Origin: Octopus sinensis
Lineage: Eukaryota
Assembly: GCF_006345805.1 (NCBI RefSeq)
Contig: NC_043005.1
Span: forward strand, 4,402,001 to 4,466,000
Direction of reading: 5' to 3'
DNA length: 64,000 nt
The notes beneath the pieces are model-generated. The model saw only the letters and a list, made by a program, of their open reading frames with translations, had not been told where the DNA came from and searched no databases. The translations under genes and the position numbers were made by a program. Shown here piece by piece: positions 1 to 12,299 of this stretch. Numbering within the stretch: position 1 is the stretch's first letter; each line of letters starts with the position of its first letter.

Positions 1-627
1 GATAAATTAAGTGCCAGTTCAGCACCACTTATTAGATGTGAAAATAAATTACTATCAGATTGTGTCATGATAATTTCAGAACAGAAATGTTATAAAGAAA
101 ATTTATCATCTTTGAGATTGGTGTTTAGCGCTTGACTGATGTATCCAAAAATCATTAGAATCAAAATGATATGAGGCCTTAAAATGCAAAGTGTTTTGAA
201 GAGAATATTTGGATTTGAATTTCTGTTTTAATCCTAAGACCTTAATCAGTTTGATGGACCAAAAACCTCAATTAGAAATATCTAGTGAGATATCAAGAGA
301 TTCTCTCTGATGTTCTTGAGATGAGCTCCTGATATGCCACCATGTTATTAATTTTGCTTCAAGAATATTTTGTTGTACCATCAAATAAATACTGTATTAT
401 TTTAGATCTGTGTGTATTTATTTAATGCATGCATTAAACTCTGAATTACATATAAATCTGCATTTGTTGGGGTAGAGGAGAACCAATATCAGTTGTTGGC
501 TGAGACAACAGTAGACTTGTTCTCTCATTGTCTGGTTTCTTCAGCAAAGTGTAGCAGTGAAGCCTTGTATTTCTGGTTTACTTTTAATGAAAGAATTTAA
601 GATATTTGCTTTTTAGTTGTAAAGTGT

Positions 628-659
<32 letters not shown>

Positions 660-1240
660 ATGTGTGTCTATGTGTACACATGTATTCCAGAAAAAGGCAT
701 TTGGTAATAATACTTCAATAAGAGTATATTGGCTGATATTGAAGTGATTTCAGTTTGGTCAGGGGACCAATTCCCAATTTTTTTCAAGCCTTTTAGCTCA
801 GGGTCAACAATTAACTTTAAGCTCTCAAGCTTTGTACCACAAAGAGGAATGGCTCACTATTGTAAGTAGTGTGAAATTCCTGACTGTCTCTGTTTTTATT
901 TTAAGATCAGGGAGTTTTTTTTTAAAGGTCACTCTGCTATGTTCAGGTCTTCCAATGGTTCTTCCATTGTTATGTCCATTTATTTCGGTCAGATTGAAGC
1001 TGAATGAATGATATTTGTTGCAAAATAAATACCAACTGTCCAACCTCATTATTATTATTACATCATATTGTGAAATATAAGATACAGAATTTTAATAGTA
1101 ACATTATTTAATGTTGTTTAAAGATTTCTTTCTGATGAGTGTGCTTAACTTTTGCTTGTCATTCCACCTTTACTGCGCTTTCACTGTCAGACAATTTGTT
1201 TTGCACTGGACACGGTTTTAGAACAGAAATAGTACCCCCC

Positions 1241-1272
<32 letters not shown>

Positions 1273-1681
1273 TTATTCATCTCTTTGTTTGCATCATTGC
1301 ACCACTCCTTTCTTTCTCTCATAATTTCACACATCACTGCACAATAGAACAATCATCAGAACTCTTATTCCAAATTTTCACCCAGAGGCATCTGAGTAGC
1401 AGAAGGTGTGGGGTGGGAGAGAAGGTATTATTGTCATGCTTGTATTATTGATTGGTAAATAATCAAAGATTTAAAGAAATGTTGGTCATGATCCTAATTA
1501 GTTGTTTAGGTATAAAATTTTTGTACAACTTATATGTTGTTAGTCACTGATCCAGGGCTAAATTTTTTCTTTCAATGTTCATTATGTTTATTACATTTAA
1601 TTAATTAATGTGTTCGGATTCTGATTTTTGTTTTGTTTTTTGTTTTTTATTTCTCTCTAACATCTTTGCCGTTGCCTACAG

Positions 1682-1828
1682 GGTCGTCTTCCAGACTCTT
1701 ACGACAGACTTCTGCAAGAACTAAACTCTGAACTGAATTGGTTTACTGATGCTGAACAACTGCTTAAAGAAGACTCTGCAGTTAGTTGCAACATTAAGGA
1801 ATTGACTGGACAGCGAGATGCACAAAAG
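1682..1828 (+). CDS. MACF1: Spectraplakin exon w1 (GRLPDSYDRLL...QRDAQK), phase 0/0
   Basis: Pyrimidine tract + CAG acceptor; AAG|GTAAGT donor; 147 nt open, spectrin helix A with Trp. Confidence 0.85.
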
Positions 1829-3510
1829 GTAAGTCCTTCCAAATAATTTTAATGCATAAAGTTTATGGGGTTTTGAATCTTAGTTTTATCTGTTTTCCAA
1901 GGTCGAATCATACAAAGTACCAGTAATAACCTGTGGTTAATTCAGTCAACTGTATTTCCTTTCTTTTCTTTTTTGTCTTTGTGTGTGCAATCATAACACT
2001 GTTACATATTCATCATCAGAGTTTTAGAGTAGCTGATTTAAGTCTTTTGAGTACTGAGTAAAATATTTTGTGGTATTTGGTTATGGCTCTTTATATTTTG
2101 GGTTCAAATCCTACCAATGTCAATGTTGCTTTTCATTATGTGCAGAGTAAATCAATTATTTCCACTTTCTGTACCTTTTTCATTCTCTCTTTCTCTCTCT
2201 CTCCATTCATATCCAAAATAGAGACAACTACCAACATTCCCATATGGTCCACCTGAAAATTGTAAAGAGATCTCTTTGCATGAAACCATTGGTGATCAAA
2301 GTGAAAAACCTTTCATGTTCCAAACACCAGCTTTTATAATGAGTTGTTTTACTTCCTTATCTTCAAGACTATTTATAAGCAAAGACAATTCAACAGAAAT
2401 ATAGATCGTTTTTAGTCCTGTAACTCTAAAACTCGTTTCAAAGTTTTTTTGTTTAAATTAAAAGCATCTGCTCCAGTTTTATGTAAGAACATTTTTATGA
2501 TCCAAACAATATTTGCATTTATCTATAAATGTAAAAGTGGAGGCACATGGTTTACAGTTTAGGGTGTTGAACTCATTATTGTAAGAATGTAGTTTTGATA
2601 CCTGGACTGGGCAATGCATTGTTCTTGAGTAAAACACTTCATTTCGTGTTACTCCACTCCATTCAGCTGGTAAAATTGAGGAAATATGTGAAGGACCAGC
2701 ATTCCATTCAGAGAGGAATATGTACACTAGAAAAACCCAGAAACCAGCCCCTATGCTCCTTATCAAGTGAAGTGGACTATCCATAAATGTAAAAAATTTA
2801 GTTTTCATTAAATCCTCCCAAATTCATCCTCACCATGAAGGTCCACTCTTATACTCCATCACCACTATTTAAATCTGTTTCGGGCTCCACCCTGGTTCTT
2901 CCCACCCACCCTTCTATAGCGCAGATAGCTGTGTAAATCCTCTACAACAAGTAACCTGTTCTGTTCTGGACCCTTCTCTCATACTTAAATTGATCATCTT
3001 CTGCCGTCCTATTGCAGAGCCCCACTTCTCCAACTCTTGAATATTTCCAAATCTAATTGAAATATATTTCTATTAAGTTTGCATTGGTTAGTATTGATCA
3101 TGTGACTGCACAGGTAGAGGCAGGCTTGGATGAAGGCTCTTTTTTGTCCTTTCTCACCTGGAGCAAAAACCACAGCCTGAGGACCTATGCAAGCTTGGCA
3201 TCTGTGTTGTTGCACTTGTTATTGTTAGGACCCAATAGGCTGGAAGAAATGCATGACAGCCCTTCCAGCACACAGACACACAGCTCCACTACCCTGGTTT
3301 GTCACTTTTATTGACCCCCAAAATGATTAAAGCTAAAGTTAACCTGGGTGGGATTTGAACTCACTGTGCAGAAATTTGCTGCAAATACTACAAAGTATTC
3401 TATCCACTGTTCTAATGTCTGCCACGTTTGTGAAACTTGTCTATTAATTTCATTGAGAAATGCAATCAGAAGAACTTTCTGACTCAATGTTGTAATGTTT
3501 CCATCTACAG

Positions 3511-3666
3511 ACGCATCATGCAGAAATCCTTGACCACCAACAACCAGTACTTTCTCTTGTCTTCCAAGCTGAACAAATCTTGGAACACTACCAAGAAGAA
3601 ATTACTCCAGAGCAAGTTGATGCACTAAAAACCATTTCTGTGTCCCTTAAAGACCTAATGGAAAAG
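3511..3666 (+). CDS. MACF1: Exon w2 (THHAEILDHQQPV...DLMEK), phase 0/0
   Basis: CTACAG acceptor, AAG|GTTGGT donor, 156 nt open. Confidence 0.88.
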
Positions 3667-3703
3667 GTTGGTATTTATGTTGATTTTTAATTTTTATAAA
3701 TAT

Positions 3704-3746
<43 letters not shown>

Positions 3747-3748
<2 letters not shown>

Positions 3749-4240
3749 AAATCAAATCTGATGACTGGCATCCGTGCTAGCGGGCTGCAAAGAGCACCAT
3801 ACGAGTGTGATCGCTGAAAAAGCGGCTAACCGGCTTCCGTGCCAGTGGCACATAAAAGGCACTATTCGAGTATGATTGTTACCAGCGTCGCCTTACTGGC
3901 ACTTGTGCCCCATGCTAGTAGGGTGCTAAGAGCACCATCCAAGCGTGATCGTTACCAGCATTGCCTTACTGGCATCTGTGCCGGTGGCATGTGTAAAAAG
4001 ATTCGAATGAGGTCGTTGCCAGTGCCGCCTGACTGGCGCCCATGCCGGTGGCATGTAAAAGCACCCACTACACTCTCAGAGTGGTTGGTGTTAGGAAGGG
4101 CATCCAGCTGTAGAAACTCTGCCAGATCAAGATTGAAGCCTGGTGCAGCCATCTGGTTCGCCAACTCTCAGTCAAATCGTCCAACCCATGCTAGCATGGA
4201 AAGCGGACGTTAAACGATGATGATGATGATGATGATGATG
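3747..4240 (+). mobile_element. Composite SINE-like repeat with RTE-type tail ending in (GAT)n; five internal subunits
   Basis: Shares the ...AAAAGCACCCACTACACTC...GGAAGGGCATCCAGCTGTAGAAAC...AACCCATGCTAGCATGGAAAGCGGACGTTAAAC(GAT)n core with many other copies in the window. Confidence 0.8.
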
Positions 4241-4397
4241 ATATATTTCTTTTTGTAAAGAAATTTAGTTACCAAAACATTTCAAAACTTAAATTACTTT
4301 TAAATCATCACATGGTGATTCAGAAACCTCTTTAGCTTTTAAATGATGCGTAAAAATTTTTATTTTAGTTTTACCAATTTTTAATAGTGTTTTTGCT

Positions 4398-4428
<31 letters not shown>

Positions 4429-5007
4429 TATATTTGTAAAATGTCATTATCAAAAGATGAGAGAATATTCATTGTTCCAAAACTGACTTCATATCATGGT
4501 AATCCTATTCCTTTGTCCAACGTACCTAGTTCAACTGCTCAGAATAGTCTGGGTAACTTGCAGTATGTGTGGCAGGGTAGCAGACAGGCTATCCTGGAAT
4601 CCCTGAACCATTGCAATCAATGAGGGGACTGGAGATGGAGCAGGGTATTGGTTTCTTAAATTTCGAGTGTCCTGAGTGGCTACCCTGGCCAATACAACAC
4701 CCCCCCCCTACTTTTACTAGTATTGCTGCCCTCAGCTGGGTACACACGACAGTATCTCATCTATGTACAATTCTTAGTACTGCTCCCTTCATCAGGTACA
4801 TTTCTCAGTACCATATCCTTCATCTGGGTACACTTACCTGTACCATTGCCCTCCTTTTGGTTCACTTACCAGCACCACTCCCCTAAATTAGTCTTAGCAT
4901 AAGCATTTGATTAATGCTAAAATAATAAAATCAGATACAAAAATTGACAGACTGTAATAATCAAATATTTTTTCACAACTTTTTCTCTTGTAACAATCCC
5001 TATTTAG

Positions 5008-5184
5008 GTGTTGAGAACTTCTGGAAACCGACTAAAACATCTTGAAAGTGCAACAGAACAGCTTGGAAAGTTTGAGGATGAACTGACCAAATTTAAGGAC
5101 TGGATGACTTCTGCTGAGAACACCATTGATGAAGTTGTGCTTGAAGACATTGATTCCTTGAAGTCTGTTGTGGAAAAACACAAG
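5008..5184 (+). CDS. MACF1: Exon w3 (VLRTSGNRLKHLES...VEKHK), phase 0/0
   Basis: TTTAG acceptor, AAG|GTAAAA donor, 177 nt; overlaps ORF 5008..5262. Confidence 0.9.
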
Positions 5185-5299
5185 GTAAAAACAATTTGGG
5201 TTTTGATTGAATTATGTCTAATGTGTGATACAAACACAACTTTGGAGGAAAATTACGTTTAATGTGGATTTCTTAATGACTTGAAGGGTTTGAAATCTT

Positions 5300-6440
5300 T
5301 TTTTAGGTTGGTTTGTGAATGGGCTGAGGGGCATAGTTTTGTTTTAGGTGGATTTGGGAGTGGGATGAGGGGCATAGTTTTGTTTTAGGTGGATTTGGGA
5401 GTGGGATGAGGGGCATAGAATCTTGTTTTTTTGGTGGATTTGGGAGTGGGATGAGGGGCATAGAATCTTGTTTTAGGTGGATTTGTGAGTGGGATGAGGG
5501 GCATAGAATCTTGTTTTAGGTGGATTTGTGAGTGGGATGAGGGGCATAGAATCTTGTTTTAGGTGGATTTGTGAGTGGGATGAGGGGCATAGAATCTTGT
5601 TTTAGGTGGATTTGTGAGTGGGATGAGGGGCATAGAATCTTGTTTTAGGTGGATTTGTGACTGGGATGAGGGGCATAGAATCTTGTTTTAGGTGGATTTG
5701 TGAGTGGGATGAGGGGCATAGAATCTTGTTTTAGGTGGATTGTGAGTGGGATGAGGGGCATAGAATCTTGTTTTAGGTGGATTTGTGAGTGGGATGAGGG
5801 GCATAGAATCTTGTTTTAGGTGGATTTGTGAGTGGGATGAGGGGCATAGAATCTTGTTTTAGGTGGATTTGTGAGTGGGATGAGAGGCATAGAATCTTGT
5901 TTTAGGTGGATTTGTGAGTGGGATGAGGGGGATAGAATCTTGTTTTAGGTGATTTGTGAGTGGGATGAGGGGCATAGAATCTTGTTTTAGGTGGATTTGT
6001 GAGTGGGATGAGGGGCATAGAATCTTGTTTTAGGTGGATTTGTGAGTGGGATGAGGGGCATAGAATCTTGTTTTAGGTGGATTTGTGAGTGGGATGAGGG
6101 GCATAGAATCTTGTTTTAGGTGGATTTGTGAGTGGGATGAGGGGCATAGAATCTTGTTTTAGGTGGATTTGTGAGTGGGATGAGGGGCATAGAATCTTGT
6201 TTTAGGTGGATTTGTGAGTGGGATGAGGGGCATAGAATCTTGTTTTAGGTGGATTTGTGAGTGGTATGAGGGGCATAGAATCTTGTTTTAGGTGGATTTG
6301 TGAGTGGGATGAGGGGCATAGAATCTTGTTTTAGGTGGATTTGTGAGTGGGATGAGGGGCATAGAATCTTGTTTTAGGTGGATTTGTGAGTGGGATGAGA
6401 GGCATAGAATCTTGTTTTAGGTGGATTTGGGAGTGAGTGG
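5300..6440. repeat. 43-bp minisatellite, about 26 copies (TAGAATCTTGTTTTAGGTGGATTTGTGAGTGGGATGAGGGGCA)
   Basis: Period 43 (e.g. 5461 to 5504); near-perfect internal copies, degenerate edge copies. Confidence 0.95.
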
Positions 6441-6842
6441 TGAAGCTTAGAATTTTTTTATGAGGTTGGGGATGTTGTTTAGCCTTCTCAATGGTACCAT
6501 CCTTTATTCTTTCAATTTTCTTCACCCAAGTTGGTATGAAGATCACTCTAAACAAGGAAGTTTGTATCATAGAATTAAGGGGTTGGTGCAGGTAGGTTGG
6601 CATCAAAAGGGTTAAATATTTTTTTTAATTGTAATCTTATTAATGTTATTTTGGAGAGAAATAGTTGTAAAATAAGTTGCAATTAAAACCGTTTAAATGA
6701 AATATAATGAAATGTCCTAACAAAGCTTAATTTTTTTGCCTTCTGTCTTTCATATTTGTAGTTACTTAGTTCTTTGCAGCAGTTCTTTGTTTCTTGTTTT
6801 GAGTTTTACACATAATTAAAATGTTCTGCTGTTTTGTTACAG

Positions 6843-6926
6843 AGCTTCTCCAATGACATCATTGCACACCAAGCTGACCTGCGCTTTATGTCCATGGCGG
6901 TTCAGAAATACATTGAAGAGGCAAAG
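6843..6926 (+). CDS. MACF1: Exon w4 (SFSNDIIAHQADLRFMSMAVQKYIEEAK), phase 0/0
   Basis: TTACAG acceptor, AAG|GTAAAC donor, 84 nt; motif typical of spectraplakins. Confidence 0.9.
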
Positions 6927-7449
6927 GTAAACGAAATTTTGAAAATATTTTTTAACTGGTTTGTTACGGGACTGTGACCATGTTTGGGTACCACCTTCAA
7001 GAGTGGAATTGGCTATATGGCACCCAGTATTAGTACCTCTCTTTATTGACTTCATTTGAAGGAAGGAAAACAAAGTCAACCAGACTTTAGACTTGGTATC
7101 TCTACCCACTGCTACTGCACACTTTTACCAAATCATACTCAGATCTTTTGATTTCAGAATGAAAGGATTCATTTTAAAATAATGGCATATCAGTATATCT
7201 TGAAGATTGTTTTAACATTGAAAAGTCATTAGCAGAATGGCAATCAATGTTTGATAAACTAATTCACAGTTGATAATTGTTGGTATATGTAGTTGTGTAG
7301 GAATCTTCTTAGTTACTAAATCTCTTGTACTTCTCATGCAGTAATTGTATATTTAGTTGTAGGTGTTTAGAAGAGTTGTACTTTTCTCTTATCACCTCAC
7401 CTTGTCTTTTCAATCTGATAATGTTTCCTTAATCTCTGTTGTTTTCCAG

Positions 7450-8760
7450 TTTCATAAACTGGAGTTGGATGCCTTTAAAGCTGACAAACAAAAGCCGACG
7501 CGATTAAGTCGTATCAGTATGGATACATTAGAGGCTGAATCTGTGAAAGATAAACTGAAAGAATCGTCTGACCGTTACCAAGACCTCAAGAGCAAATGCA
7601 ATTCACTTTGTGACAAACTAAATGAAGTTTCGGACAAACAAGGAGAGTTCCACCTCCAGAGCAACAAACTGCTGACATCAATAAACACTGCTGAGGAGAA
7701 ACTTGAAGAAGCATTACAAGAACCTCTTTCAACCGATCCAGAAGAGCTGAAGGCTCAACTTGATCAAATGAAGGCAATGAGCAATGAAACCATTGCCTAT
7801 CAATCGCAGATCACCGACTTAGAGGTTTGCGGCAAACAACTGATTTCCTGTTTAAATCAGTTCAATACAGAACCAGAACAAATACAAAAAGTTGACGAAA
7901 TAATCCGGGAGATTTCGTTCCGTTGTGCGTCACTGAGTGATGACATCAACAGTCGGTACAACACCTTACAAATGGCTCTAACTAAATCCCAGGATGTCAA
8001 AGAAGCTATAGAAAGTCTCCTAAATTGGTTGAGAGATGTTGAAGGCTCCCTTGTGAACCAAAGACCAATCAGTTTGTATCGAGATAATCTTCTTGAACAG
8101 ATCAATGAGATCAAGGTGATTGAGACGGATATAGACAGTCATAAACCAAGTGTGGATGCTGTTCAGCTAAGTGCAAATGAATTAATGAAGTCGTGTGATC
8201 TTGACATGGCTAAAAATGTAGAAAAGAAAATAGGTGCTCTTAATTCACGATTCCTTGCACTCACTAAAAAAGTTGAGGGCCGAAGTAGCAACCTCCAAGA
8301 GATATTTGAAGAACTTAGTAATTTCCACCAAGAACTCCAAGTGACAAATGATTGGTTAGCCAGCAGTAGCGACATGTTGGAATCTAAAGAACTGACTCGA
8401 TTACCGATGCCTTTGTTTAAACAAAGGGTTGATATTGTATCAACTGAATGCAAAAGTAAAAAGCAGCCGATAAAAGATTTGATAGGTTCTGGTAAAAAAC
8501 TGATTGCTGATCCAAGGACTGGAGAATCGTCATCTCTGGAAGAGTGCATTGCCACTTTGGAACGTAACTGGACAGATTTTGACTTGTTGCTTGCTATGAG
8601 GGAAAAGGAGGTTGGTTTACGCGAGGAGAAGGGTGAAGAATTTGAAGTATTAAAGACAGAGGTGTTAGACTGGCTTGGAACATTAGAAGTGAAAACGGAT
8701 AGCTTGGAACCTACTGCTGTTGCAATTGAAGATGTGAAGGAACAATTGCAAGATTTACAG
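7450..8760 (+). CDS. MACF1: Exon w5, large 1311-nt exon (FHKLELDAFK...QLQDLQ), about four spectrin repeats, phase 0/0
   Basis: TTCCAG acceptor, CAG|GTAAGA donor; within ORF 7363..8775. Confidence 0.95.
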
Positions 8761-9237
8761 GTAAGAACATTCTAGATTTTCACCATTAAGTTTATAAAAA
8801 AAACAAAAAACATAATTATTTTAATGTCTGTTTTTCCATGTTTACATAAATCAGACAGAATTCACTGAGGTAGATTTCCTACAGCCAGATGCCTTTCACC
8901 TGTTTCCAAGCAAGGGAATATTTCCCCATGGCCAGACATGTTTCAGCAGGAGACTGGAAATGAGCAACACCGCTTGTATGATGGTGATGCTCATTTACAA
9001 ACCTTATGTATTGTCACGATGAATGGCCACACACACTTACATGCTTGCATCACTATCTGTTTGTATGTGTGTGTATATTTATATGACAAGCTTCTTTCAG
9101 TTTCTTCTTACCAAATCAACTCACAAGGTACTGGTCGGCCCAGGGCTCTATTAAAAGACGCTTGCCCAAGGTGCTGTGCAGTGGAAGTGAACCTGAAAGC
9201 ACATGCTTGGAAAGCAAACTTAACAACGCAGCCATGT

Positions 9238-9402
9238 TATATATATGATGGAGACGACATATGAGCGTTCAGCTTCTTTGCCCAATGACCTGCACAAAGG
9301 ACTTGTTTATGGTGGTGGAATGCATCACCATAAACAAGTCCTTTGTGCAGGTCATTGGGCAAAGAAGCTGAACGCTCATATGTCGTCTCCATCATATATA
9401 TA
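9238..9402. repeat. Perfect inverted repeat: 77-bp arms (9238-9314 / 9326-9402), 11-nt spacer
   Basis: Arms read as exact reverse complements, centred at 9320. Confidence 0.95.
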
Positions 9403-9523
9403 TGGAATGCATGTGCTGTACATTAGCTCAGTCCTTCCACCAAATCGACATTGCTTGTACAAGTGCACAAATGTGCCACATGGCAGATGTCGAAATGATA
9501 TAAATATCCATATATATTAATAA

Positions 9524-10656
9524 CTAGCAAATGCACCTGTCTTTTGGACAATTTAAGTCACTTTGGTGATATTTTTTTCACCAAATAATTGAACTACTGA
9601 GAAGGTTTATGAGTAGCATTGCAATCTATGTTTCCGATTAACCGAGGAACAGAAAATCAAATTGAAGGCTGGTTATTGTGGAGGTCATTGCACTTTAATG
9701 ATCATCGAACATATCAATTTGCAAGCGATGCAAAGTAGAACTACTGAAGTGTTTTAGGGGTAGATTATGGACAACCACTACAAAATATAGTTGATTTACA
9801 TAAAAGCAAAATTTCTTGTCAGAAACAGCCACATAAAAGGTATAATGAAATTGAAGGAAGACGTTGAAACTTCCCCTCTGTGAGTTTAGTTTTTTTCAAC
9901 AGCAAAGGGAGCTACGTTTTTGGCAAGATAAGCTAACAAAAGCCCCTTTATTCTGTCTTCCCACATAGCCTGTGCATAAAATAACAGTGAATGCTGCATA
10001 AAGTTAAATTGGTATGGAGCTTCCTGAAAGATACGTATTACTTTTTGCTAGTGGAAGCAAAACTCTTACTTCAAGGTTGATTCTTTGGGATGAATTGTAT
10101 GTGATTGTTTAGAAAAAGGCTAGAACAACAATGCTAAAACGTATTTGAAACAATGGTCAACAGTCGAAATATCATAATGGATGGGTAAATAAGCATCCTT
10201 AAAGTGAAACAATGCATTGGTAGGTAAACAAAGATATCAACAAATAGAAAAGAAGGAAGGGAACATCACCTTTCAGGTAACTCAGAATAGGTAAAGGTAA
10301 GCTTGCCAAAGTTTAATGCAGCTTAAATATGGAGATTAAGATTGTTTGGTATTGGATATTCATTGCGTACAGTGTTCCTAGTCAATTTTATAACCATCGC
10401 AGGTGGACAGTCGAAATAAATAAATAGACAAAATCCTTTCACTTCTATAAAAAGATTTTTAAAAGTATGGAAGATCCTACGTACAAAAAAACTGTCCATT
10501 TAGGTCCATTTATGCAGCAGCTCTGGGCAAAATGTTTAGTGCATGGCCATCTTGGGACATGTGTGTGTAAAGTTTGGTGAAAATCAGTTGAGAATTGTGG
10601 AAATGTATGTGTTAGTCATTATACATACACACATACTGTGATTTATATATACTAGA
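9524..10656 (-). mobile_element. Non-autonomous Helitron-like element
   Basis: Minus strand starts A|TCTAGTATATATAAA followed by a GT/AT microsatellite and ends ...TTTGCTAG|T; inserted in an AT dinucleotide with no TSD; the subterminal hairpin is degenerate. Confidence 0.55.
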
Positions 10657-11679
10657 TGATGATGATAATTATAATTCTTGTCAGTTTTTCATCAGATGTA
10701 ACTGAGACATTTCTTTCTGGGACACAGATTTACCAATCTCCATCTAAAGGCTAAAGGTTAAAAATAAAGTACTTTGCTCAAGGCCATACAATGGTTATTG
10801 TGGGATGTAAAGTCTCATCACAGAAAAATCAAATTTCTATTGTATCAAGTTAAATTTTGTTTTTCAGCCTTGGAGGGGGGGAGGAGCTAAAACTAACTTC
10901 AAACAAATGTTAATCTGTAAATACAAACATAAATGAATGTTTGGAGAACTTACTCATCATCATCATCATCAGACCTCCACTTTTCTGGACTTGCATGAGT
11001 TGGACAGTTTGTTGAGGCTGATTTTTCTGTGGCTGGATACCTTTCCTGTCGCCAACCCTCACCTGTTTCCAAGCAAGGTAATATCCCCAACCTCTTCCTC
11101 AGCTGGATATATTTTCACAGAAAATTTGAAATGAACGGCACTACTGCTTGTATGACAGTGACACATTTAAAACTATCATGCAATGTCAAAACAAGAAGAT
11201 AAATACATGTCCCCCCCCCACCACCACCACACACATGAGGAGTTTCTTTTAGTTCCTGTCTACTGTTTACTTGAAAGACAGGCAAGTGTTGGTGCTAAGA
11301 AGGGTGTCTGACAGTAAAACAATGCTGCAAAGATGTATTTGTCTAATCCATGCGAGCATCGAAAATGGATGAGCAGATATTGGAACTCAACACAGCCTTT
11401 TGGCTTATTGGATCCTCTGCAATTGTCCAACCCATGCCAGCATGGAAGTGAGGCATTAAATGATGATGATTTTTGTGTGTGTGTATGTATTAACTGAAGA
11501 AGGTCTTACATAAAGGGATGTACTTCCTATTATATATTACAAAAATCTGAAATGTGCATATTAAATGTTTTCAAAACATCATTATTTTGTCTGACTTCAT
11601 TATAACAAGTATGTGTGTGTGTGTGTGTGTATAAAGCCATATTTGTGTTTAAGTTCCTTTTAAATCTTTATATTTTCAG

Positions 11680-11791
11680 CCAATACTAAAAGAACATTCC
11701 AATCAACGGAAAAAGATCAACGAAGTGAACGATGTAGGAAATGCTTTAGATTCTCTTCAGACGATAGAAAATACGAGCAGCCCAGTCAGAA
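11680..11791 (+). CDS. MACF1: Exon w6 (PILKEHSNQRKK...SSPVR), phase 0/1
   Basis: TTTTCAG acceptor, A|GTAAGT donor, 112 nt. Confidence 0.87.
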
Positions 11792-12299
11792 GTAAGTCAT
11801 CACCTGTCATTTGGTGACAGGGTCAGGGATGGGGCTCTGCAGTTTTCTTGTTAGTTTGCTTCCTGTGTTCCATCTCGGTTCTTAAAACTCAATCTTGTTC
11901 TTTCGTTTAATTTAGTAATTACTTTAAAAATCAATTCCAGTTAATATTTTGTTTGATGTATCATCATCATCATTGTTTAACATCTTCCATGTATGCATGG
12001 AGAGGACAGTTGACAGGAGCTGGCCTGGTTGAAAACTACCCCAGGCTACTGCGTCTGTTTTGGCAGGGTTTTTATGGCTGGATGCCCTTCCTGACACCAA
12101 CCATTCATTCCCACATTATTTTTACCAATCATCTCTTTTCTGTATCTGTTATTAAAGTGATCTAAATTAAAACCTTTCACCAAAATTTCATATTAATTTA
12201 AGTTCCAAACAGCAACTTAATAATGCCATGGTTATTTTACTTAAATTCTTGATTATTTTCGAATTTAGAAATGACAGAAATGCCAAAAAAAAATTTTTT

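Noticed and set aside
1-1681. Additional upstream exon or promoter
   Set aside because: No convincing spectrin-like frame with splice sites was found; treated as intron.
3765-4066. CRISPR-like pattern of a ~30-nt structured repeat with ~30-nt linkers
   Set aside because: The linkers are related to one another, the block is part of a dispersed SINE-like repeat in a eukaryotic intron, and there are no cas genes.
5300-6440. CRISPR array or telomeric repeat (TTAGG occurs in the unit)
   Set aside because: No unique spacers; TTAGG appears only once per 43-bp unit.
7857-8555. Antisense ORFs opposite exons (also 17616-17975, 43035-43319 and the + strand ORFs over the Gypsy pol)
   Set aside because: Shadow frames of real coding sequence with no recognisable motifs.
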